Under the pieces are notes generated by a model, which was not told the origin of the DNA, searched no databases, and saw only the letters and a program-made list of their open reading frames with translations. Position numbers and translations under genes: made by a program. Positions 57,462 to 64,000 of a stretch of 64,000 bases of DNA are shown here, piece by piece (within the stretch, counting starts at the first letter, position 1; every line of letters starts with the position of its first letter). This stretch comes from Candidatus Bathyarchaeia archaeon (GTDB lineage Archaea; Thermoproteota; Bathyarchaeia; Bathyarchaeales; Bathycorpusculaceae): assembly GCA_049515895.1 (NCBI GenBank), contig JBEKTQ010000011.1, forward strand, positions 30,147 through 94,146, given 5' to 3'.

Positions 57462-57546
57462 GCGGAGGTCGCCCAGCATGGCCAAAGGCGTAGGACTGAG
57501 GCTCCTATCCCGCAGGGGTTCGTGGGTTCAAATCCCACCCTCCGCA
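57462..57546 (+). tRNA. tRNA-Leu (GAG), intronless, CCA not encoded
   Basis: Acceptor GCGGAGG/CCTCCGC + discriminator A; anticodon arm TAGGA-CTGAGGC-TCCTA; long variable arm; T arm GTGGG-TTCAAAT-CCCAC; followed by a T-tract. Confidence 0.95.
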
Positions 57547-57763
57547 CTTTTCTCCTTTTGCCAATGTGAGCTTGAATATTGCTTTTTACAGCAAATAATG
57601 CTTGAAAATCCGAGAAAATATTTCGCGCTAAAACGGTTAACAGCTAACGCCATTGAACTTGAACCCTTTTGGGCTCGCTTCCTCGCGAGTCCGACTCATG
57701 CAACACTAGCGCGCTAATAAAGTTTAAATCTTGGAAACGAGCCCAAACAAATATGCGTAGGAG

Positions 57764-58132
57764 ATGAAAAAAATGGCATCATTACAGAAGAAAAATTTGA
57801 GTTCTCCCGATGAGACAAGAACGTTCGATAAAGGAAAAATTGAAGTAGTGAACGTTGGCGATTTCAAGTTTGGGCGTTCTACGTTTCAGCCAGGATGGAA
57901 GTGGTCTACATCCGTAAAACCTATCGTGAAAACCAGCAGTTGCCAGGTCCATCATGTAGGATACGTTATGTCTGGAAGATTGGAAACGGTGATGGATGAT
58001 GGGAAAAAAATTACGTTCGGTCCAGGTGATGCGTTTGATATCCCTCCTGGTCATGACGGATGGGTTGTCGGAAATGAGCCCGTTGTTTTCCTCGATTTCA
58101 TGGGCGCCGCAGAATACGCCAAGAAAAAATGA
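57764..58132 (+). CDS. Cupin-domain protein
   Basis: PDE.R.F.KG, FQPGWKWS..VKP, CQVHH.GY..SG, IPPGHD.WVVG.EP. Confidence 0.88.
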   Translation: MKKMASLQKKNLSSPDETRTFDKGKIEVVNVGDFKFGRSTFQPGWKWSTSVKPIVKTSSCQVHHVGYVMSGRLETVMDDGKKITFGPGDAFDIPPGHDGWVVGNEPVVFLDFMGAAEYAKKK

Positions 58133-58334
58133 TCATAAAATCACATTCTTGCCCTATACTTTTTTTCTCTAATCTCACGTGCACCCACAAGACTCAGGCA
58201 TCCTTATTCAGTCAACCCTCTTATTCAAGCGCGCGCACTGTTACCGATTTGTATTGAACATAAAACTGCTTCTCTCATACCTTCCTTTCATTCTTCGATA
58301 AATTTAATATATTCTAACCGTGTAACAGGCATTT

Positions 58335-58870
58335 ATGCTAAAAAAGGTCAAAGCACTCATTCTCACCGCAGATAAGTTCGAGGACATGGAGTTTTTCTTT
58401 CCATATTTCCGGTTACTCGACGAAGGATTAGAGGTCGATGTAGCCGCCCCTAAGAAAGGACATATTGAAGGAGAACACGGTTATGGATTCGAAGTCGAAA
58501 AGACCTTTGACGATGCTCACCCTGAAGATTATGATCTATTGTTGCTGGCGGTTCGCCAGATGGAGCCCCGTCGGTGGTTAGAAAGGACACTCGTGCCCAG
58601 ACTATTGCTAAGTCTTTTTTCAATTCCAATAAACCTGTTTCTTCAATCTGTCATGGCCCTTGGCTTTTGGCTTCCTCAGGACTAGTAAAAGGAAGACACT
58701 TGACTTCTTATTGGCATGACGGCGTTCCAGAGGACATAAAGAAAGCAGGCGGCATATATGAGGATAAAGAAGTAGTTGTCGATGGTAACCTTGTCACGTC
58801 ACGTTACCCTGGGGACTTACCCGCATTTATGCGAGAAACAATACGAATGGTCAACAGGATCAAAAAGTAG
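58335..58870 (+). pseudogene. pfpI: PfpI/DJ-1 family protein split by a frameshift near 58545
   Basis: Frame 1: ADKFEDMEF..PY.RL...DYDLLL. The shifted frame resumes GGSPDGAP...SICHGPWLL...GRHLTSY...VVVDGNLVTSRYPGDL. Junction TTG TTG CT|GGC GGT lacks at least one base of the P-G-G motif. Confidence 0.8.
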
Positions 58871-59151
58871 CTTAATAGCGAAAAACACAGTAGTGAAGTA
58901 ATAAGGGGCTAGCGGCGCGCGCAAAAAAAGACTTTGCGAATGCTGCGGCAAAACCTTCAGAGCAACATTAGACAAAAAGAAAATATAGCCTTCTAAAAAA
59001 ATCAAGCCTTCTTCTCTTTTCTTTCAGAAAACACAAAGTATATTGGGAATTTTATAGTAGAATATTTTGGGGGTATTTGATCAGTGATGCTTTCCCGCGA
59101 TCATAGGTCAAATTCTCTTGACAGCAGTTATTAGTAGGAGAAGATATTATT

Positions 59152-59652
59152 TTGGGAAAACGTGTTTTAGACATTGTTGATTCGCTTCGATTGAGAATTA
59201 TACGGTTAACCAAGCCAAGAGAGCGAGAAATTAACATCGACGTGTTTGCTAATCCTGAAAAGTACTTACTACGGTTGCCAATAGAAAAAATCGTTGCTGA
59301 CACAAAAGTCGACCCGGAAGCCATAGAGATGTACAAGAAGAAGATCGAAAACGGGGAGAAAATTGCACCCTTAATCGTTGTTAAGCATCCTAAATTTGAT
59401 GTATACGCAGTTTTAGATGGTCATCACAGGTACTACGCACTTTTAGAGTTAGGAAAGAAAGAAGTTGATTGTGCCCTGGCCGGTGATTTCTCTAGCGTAG
59501 TGTTTTACATGACTGAGCAAGGTTATTTTCAACCAAAACCGGAAACCAAGGAAGAAAATCAAAAAAAGATTATCCATTTACACGAAAATCTTCAGGATTT
59601 TCTTCACAATTTTTTGAAAGATCCCCACAAAGCTAAATCTCCTAATAAGTAA
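59152..59652 (+). CDS. Stand-alone ParB/Sulfiredoxin-like domain protein
   Basis: LPIEKI, PLIVVKH...YAVLDGHHRYYA..ELG. Confidence 0.78.
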   Translation: MGKRVLDIVDSLRLRIIRLTKPREREINIDVFANPEKYLLRLPIEKIVADTKVDPEAIEMYKKKIENGEKIAPLIVVKHPKFDVYAVLDGHHRYYALLELGKKEVDCALAGDFSSVVFYMTEQGYFQPKPETKEENQKKIIHLHENLQDFLHNFLKDPHKAKSPNK

Positions 59653-59800
59653 AAATCAAATTGAGGCTTCTTTAAACGAAAATTAGACCTGTAGTCGAGC
59701 TTTTTTCAGTAGGTGTGCAAGCACATTTTAGCTAGGTTTCACAACCGCGTCATAGATTGGAAGACAATTTAAATTCAACAATTGCCAATAGTTGGTTTTG

Positions 59801-61273
59801 ATGTCTAAAACTGAGCGCAAATCCCAACTTACCCTATTTGATGTAACAAATCTAGTGGTTGGAGCCATAATCGGAGCTGATATATACGTAGCTTCTGCCT
59901 TAGGTGCAGGCCTGCTAGGGCCTTTTTCATTGGTTGCTTGGGTAGTGGCTGGAGTAATAGCCATAGTGATTGCTTTGTGTTTTGCTCAGTGTTCTGCCTT
60001 GCTTCCCAAGGTTGGTGGGCCGTATGCATACGCACGTGCGGCATGGGGTCCTTTTGCAGGTTTTATTGTCGGTTGGTCTCTTTGGCTAGCGGAATGGATA
60101 TCCCTGGCAGTTTTTCCAGTGGCTTTCACTCAGTACTTGATGTTTTTTTTGCCGGGTCTCAATTGGATTTCTCAAGTCATCGTACGGGTGTTATTTGTTG
60201 TCTTTCTCATAGTTACAAATGTTGTCGGGGTCAGGGCTGCAGGAAGAACAAACGACATACTTACATTAGTTAAACTTGTTCCGCTGGCTTTCTTCGCTGT
60301 AATTGGCTTACTTTTCATGGTCTTTAATGTAACTTCGGTAACAGCGAATTTTTCTCCGTTTTCTCCTTTTGGCATTGGCAGTTTTGGGGCGGCTCTTGTA
60401 TTGATATTCTGGGCTTACGCAGGCTTTGAAATTTCAACAATACCGGCAAATGACATACAAGATCCGGGTAAAACAGTTCCCAAGGCAATAATACTTGGAA
60501 TCTCAATCGTAACCGTATTCTATTTGGTAACAAACATTGTGCTTTTTGGAGTAAGACCTTGGAGTTTATTGGCTCTAGATAAGGCACCTCTGACTGCCGC
60601 GACCGGAGCAATTCTAGTTTCAAACCCAACATGGGCTCTGATCGGCGTAATTATAGTGGGAGTTGGAGCCTTAATTTCGGTTTCTGGTTCTGACGAGTCA
60701 GGAATGATTGGGACTTCGAGATTGGGGTATGCTCTGGCTGCTGACGGTCTTTTTCCCAAAGTTTTCGCTCGAATTCACCCAAGGTTTAAGACGCCTTACT
60801 TGGGAATAATCATTTCAGCAGTTACTGCGCTTGTAGCAGCGCTTTTTGGCAATCTAAGTGTGCTTATAGCGACTTCTGTGTTTTTCATGGCAGTTGCTTA
60901 TGCGGCGACAAGTGCGTCAACCTTTTTCTTACAACGCAAAGATACTAAAACTCATTTTAGCCTTAGAAGCTTGTTTATTCCAATTCTTGGAGTTATCTTT
61001 TCTGTATACCTGATTACACAGTGTAACTTTACCCAAATTGCATTGGGTCTAATCCTGCTTTTTGTGGGAGTCCCTATATACATTAAATATTCGCCTAAGA
61101 AAGAAATTGCTGAACTTAAAGAGGCTTTAATGTCTCCAGAGGCAATCTTGAAAAGAGCACGCGCTCAAGAGGATAGGTTTCTGGCTAATGTTCTAAAGCA
61201 CATTAAAATTTTCTATAGAAGAAGAATTGGAAAGAAACAGGCAACGGACTTAACTGAGCAGGTTGAAGCGTAA
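59801..61273 (+). CDS. APC-family amino acid permease
   Basis: GAIIGADIY, PKVGG.Y.Y, FWAYAGFE, SRL.YALA.DGLFP..FA.IHP.FKTP. About 12 TM. Confidence 0.92.
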   Translation: MSKTERKSQLTLFDVTNLVVGAIIGADIYVASALGAGLLGPFSLVAWVVAGVIAIVIALCFAQCSALLPKVGGPYAYARAAWGPFAGFIVGWSLWLAEWISLAVFPVAFTQYLMFFLPGLNWISQVIVRVLFVVFLIVTNVVGVRAAGRTNDILTLVKLVPLAFFAVIGLLFMVFNVTSVTANFSPFSPFGIGSFGAALVLIFWAYAGFEISTIPANDIQDPGKTVPKAIILGISIVTVFYLVTNIVLFGVRPWSLLALDKAPLTAATGAILVSNPTWALIGVIIVGVGALISVSGSDESGMIGTSRLGYALAADGLFPKVFARIHPRFKTPYLGIIISAVTALVAALFGNLSVLIATSVFFMAVAYAATSASTFFLQRKDTKTHFSLRSLFIPILGVIFSVYLITQCNFTQIALGLILLFVGVPIYIKYSPKKEIAELKEALMSPEAILKRARAQEDRFLANVLKHIKIFYRRRIGKKQATDLTEQVEA

Positions 61274-61379
61274 CCCGTCAACATTGATGATGGCAATTTT
61301 GTTGCTTAGGTAACTTGCTACTTCGGACAAAAAACTTTAACTTAGTTCGATCGATAATTGAATTAGGGTTCCCAAATGG

Positions 61380-62729
61380 TTGGGAAATATTATGAAGCAA
61401 AATGTCACAAATGAGGATATTAAGCGTTTTTCAGCTTCTTTCGATAGCGATCCTAAGAATCTTCTTGCTTTGAACGCGGTTACACGGAACGGTATTGCAG
61501 ATGTGGCTTTGAGTCGAAAAGAAGTCGATCGAATTAACTACACATTCAGTAATCTCATAGAGTCACCAGAGGCTACTAATCAAGAGCGGTCAGGGAGGTG
61601 TTGGTTATTCTCCGGGCTTAGTCTCCTTTCTCTGGAAGCTATGAAAAAGTTGAATCTTCAGACTTTTGAACTCTCCGAGGTCTATCAGATGTTCTGGGAT
61701 AAGTTGGAGAAGGCGAATTATTTCCTTGAGAACATAATTGAGACCAGGGATGAGCCATTGGACAGTCGGATGATTTTGGCTCTTCTCTCTGATCCGCTTT
61801 CCGATGGTGGACAATGGGATATGTTTGTGAATCTCGTGGATAAGTACGGGGTTGTTCCAAAGTCTCTTATGCCAGAGACATTTAGTAGCAGCGATTCTGA
61901 TTCTATGAACACTCTTCTAGTTTCCAAGTTGAGAGAATACGCGAAGCTGCTTAGGGATATGTATGCTAAGGGTTCTTCTGCTGAGGAGTTGCGAAAGTCA
62001 AAGTGCGAGTTACTTGAGGAGTTCTATCGAATGCTTGCAATTCACTTGGGGAAGCCTCCGCGCGATTTTTACTGGGAGTGGCGAGACAAAGAGAAAGTAT
62101 TCCACAGGGAGGGTGTTATGACTCCCAGAGAGTTCTACAAGAAGTATGTGGATGTTGATCTTGATGGCTTAGTTTGTCTAATAAACGCCCCGACCAAGGA
62201 CAAGCCCTTTAATAAAATCTATACAGTGAAATATCTTGGTAATGTCATCGGTGGACGCGCAGTTCGTTACTTAAACGTTGATTTGGAGACATTGAAGAAA
62301 GCTGCTGTCGATATGATAAGGGGTAACCATGCCGTTTGGTTTGGTTGTGACGTTGGCCAGATGCTTGAAACGGAGATGGGCGCGATGGATTTGAACGTTT
62401 ATGATTATAACATCGTTTACGGAATAGACTTTAAGCTAGATAAGGCTGGAAGATTGGAATACAGGAATAGCGAGATGACACATGCAATGGTCCTTACGGG
62501 TGTGGATCTTGATGAGAAAGGAAAACCGAGAAAATGGCGCGTTGAAAACAGTTGGGGGGCAATGATTGGGGACAGAGGTTATATGTATATGATGGATGAG
62601 TGGTTCGACGAATACGTGTTTGAAATAACTGTTAGAAAAGAATACCTCTCTCCAGAGCTCTTGAGTGTTCTTTGCACAGAACCTGTTGTTCTTCAGCCTT
62701 GGGATCCTATGGGCGGATTAGCAAAGTAA
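61380..62729 (+). CDS. pepC: Aminopeptidase C / bleomycin hydrolase (peptidase C1B)
   Basis: TNQERSGRCWLF, FWDKLEKAN, DGGQW, WFGCDV, MTHAM, VENSWG, PWDPMG.LA (alternative ATG 61392). Confidence 0.95.
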   Translation: MGNIMKQNVTNEDIKRFSASFDSDPKNLLALNAVTRNGIADVALSRKEVDRINYTFSNLIESPEATNQERSGRCWLFSGLSLLSLEAMKKLNLQTFELSEVYQMFWDKLEKANYFLENIIETRDEPLDSRMILALLSDPLSDGGQWDMFVNLVDKYGVVPKSLMPETFSSSDSDSMNTLLVSKLREYAKLLRDMYAKGSSAEELRKSKCELLEEFYRMLAIHLGKPPRDFYWEWRDKEKVFHREGVMTPREFYKKYVDVDLDGLVCLINAPTKDKPFNKIYTVKYLGNVIGGRAVRYLNVDLETLKKAAVDMIRGNHAVWFGCDVGQMLETEMGAMDLNVYDYNIVYGIDFKLDKAGRLEYRNSEMTHAMVLTGVDLDEKGKPRKWRVENSWGAMIGDRGYMYMMDEWFDEYVFEITVRKEYLSPELLSVLCTEPVVLQPWDPMGGLAK

Positions 62730-63214
62730 AATTGAATTGTTCAACTTATAGCTACTTCTTCTAATTCGCCATTTTTCATTTGAAAGACAGCTAGTTTTCC
62801 ATCAGTTAATGGTTACACTAGTCAAATTGCATCATCCGGAGAGATTCGAACTCTCTTGAAGCAGTTCATAAGCCTTTTTTGCCGGTAAACTAAGGCGCGC
62901 GCGTGAAAAGCCCGTAAAATTTGGGAAAAAATCATGTAGAAATAAAAAGTCTTCAAGCAATAAAATATTTTGTTGCAAATGATAGTCTCGTTCATACCTT
63001 AACAACTTAGGTTTATTTTGGCTTTAGACTTAGCTTAACGTTGACCTCAACAGTATATTCTTTTTTATTTTCTGCAACCGCTCAGTCACGTCAATATATT
63101 TCTCAGGCATTCAATTACACCTCCCAAAACGCAATACACGTAACAATTAATTAGCGGTTCTTAAGACTATGTGACTGTGAACTAACAGCAACCAAACCTT
63201 GGTGGATACTTAAC

Positions 63215-63550
63215 TCAATTTTGGTTTGTTTTCAATTGATTTCTTATGATGATGAAAAGCGCCAAAAGGAGCAGTGCGCCAATGACGCCTGAGGTGATGC
63301 CTGTGATGTACCAAGCTTTCCACGCAGGCATGAAAGTCATGAGGTACTTCAGTGACCCGATGAGAATAAATAGGGAAGCAGATCCTATGAATGAAATTAC
63401 CAGGGAAACCAAGATGCTAATAATTATGCTTGTTATGAGAAGTTTTTTGAGGCGTTTCTTAAGGGCGCCCTGCTGTTCATGTACATATTCTTTTATAACG
63501 GCTTTTATCTCATTGAAGAAAGATTCGATAATTTCCTTTATTGTGGGCAA
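63215..63550 (-). CDS. Small membrane protein (holin-like/YqjE-type topology)
   Basis: Amphipathic N-terminus followed by two TM helices. GGAG SD before TTG start. Confidence 0.6.
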   Translation of the reverse strand: MPTIKEIIESFFNEIKAVIKEYVHEQQGALKKRLKKLLITSIIISILVSLVISFIGSASLFILIGSLKYLMTFMPAWKAWYITGITSGVIGALLLLALFIIIRNQLKTNQN

Positions 63551-63743
63551 TTAATTCTTACTCCTTCGTCAAAAGAGAGCAATCCCGTGACAGGTTTAAA
63601 TGTTAATGCGGTTCCTAAATATAAGAATCAAACTCAAAAAACAAAATAGACTCTCTTTAAAGCAACGGGCTCGTTGTTGGTGCGAGATACCAGTCACATA
63701 CGCTTAATAAAATCGCAGAGGCACTAGTGTATAGTGAAATTTT

Positions 63744-63908
63744 ATGAGCGGAGAAGAAGTTAAAGGCAAACTCAAAAAGGATGAGGGTAAAATCCGCGAA
63801 GGCGCGGCTAAAATTACTGGCAACACAGGTCAAATAATTAAGGGCGAAGCTGAGAAAGTAAAAGGGAAAATCGAAGAGGACGTAGGCAAAGCCAAAAGAA
63901 AACTCTAA
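63744..63908 (+). CDS. CsbD-like stress protein (not in ORF track)
   Basis: Hand translation MSGEEVKGKLKKDEGKIREGAAKITGNTGQIIKGEAEKVKGKIEEDVGKAKRKL fits the CsbD pattern KG....GK.KE..G..TG......G. Confidence 0.8.
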   Translation: MSGEEVKGKLKKDEGKIREGAAKITGNTGQIIKGEAEKVKGKIEEDVGKAKRKL

Positions 63909-64000
63909 CAAAACGCCAGCTGTTCAACGCCTCTATAATAAGCCGAAATAAGTTGTCAAGAAAACGAAAATACTTCAGCAACTATTAAGCGGATAACGTG

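Noticed and set aside
57460-57717. 85-aa ORF in the track
   Set aside because: It overlaps the tRNA-Leu gene, so it is spurious.
58905-58988. Short frame with CECCGKTF resembling an IS-type zinc-ribbon fragment
   Set aside because: Only 27 codons, no start, no terminal repeats or transposase remains. Could be chance.
1412-61927. Numerous 60-160 aa antisense or nested ORFs in the track
   Set aside because: They lie inside well-supported genes and lack recognisable motifs, so they are treated as shadow ORFs.
63657-63911. 84-aa hydrophobic minus-strand ORF
   Set aside because: Antisense shadow of the CsbD-like gene at 63744-63908.
1-64000. CRISPR array, rRNA, intact transposase/integrase or defence system
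   Set aside because: No regularly spaced repeats, long non-coding GC-rich RNA-like block or matching protein motifs seen by eye.

Overview
This 64-kb window is archaeal, TACK-type, and most consistent with Bathyarchaeia (inferred from gene content and order, not from a search). Positions ~2.9-48 kb are mostly core information-processing genes: srp54-pus10-rpl21e-rpoF-DUF655-ksgA-hemK; rpl10e-ppsA-dph2-METTL5-csl4-rpoL-DUF99-tfs-pcna-priL/priS-gins15-rpl44e-rps27e-aIF2a-nop10-PAC2; mcm/gins23; rfcS/rfcL; endoV/translin; tyw1, rpoP, trm5, trm112. After these come nucleotide-sugar genes, guaA, a divergent Cys/Met biosynthesis cluster (cysKE / two HTH regulators / metYXW), tRNA-Leu(GAG), and an accessory stress/peptide-use stretch. 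I saw no CRISPR array, intact transposase, integrase, intein or rRNA. Main anomalies: (1) aIF2-alpha is reduced to 63 codons by an apparent in-frame internal deletion, with drift at conserved sites. (2) A palindrome TATAAC-N3-GTTATA recurs at the promoters of cysK, a Cys-rich COG2522-type HTH gene and metY, suggesting an archaeal sulfur-amino-acid regulon. (3) Two genes appear to need near-cognate starts (CTG, ACG). (4) A nucleotide-sugar dehydrogenase homolog lacks its catalytic motifs. (5) A GH3-family adenylating enzyme lacks its C-terminal domain. (6) An archaeosortase and two glycosylation genes interrupt the conserved replication/translation cluster. Family calls come from motif recognition only.
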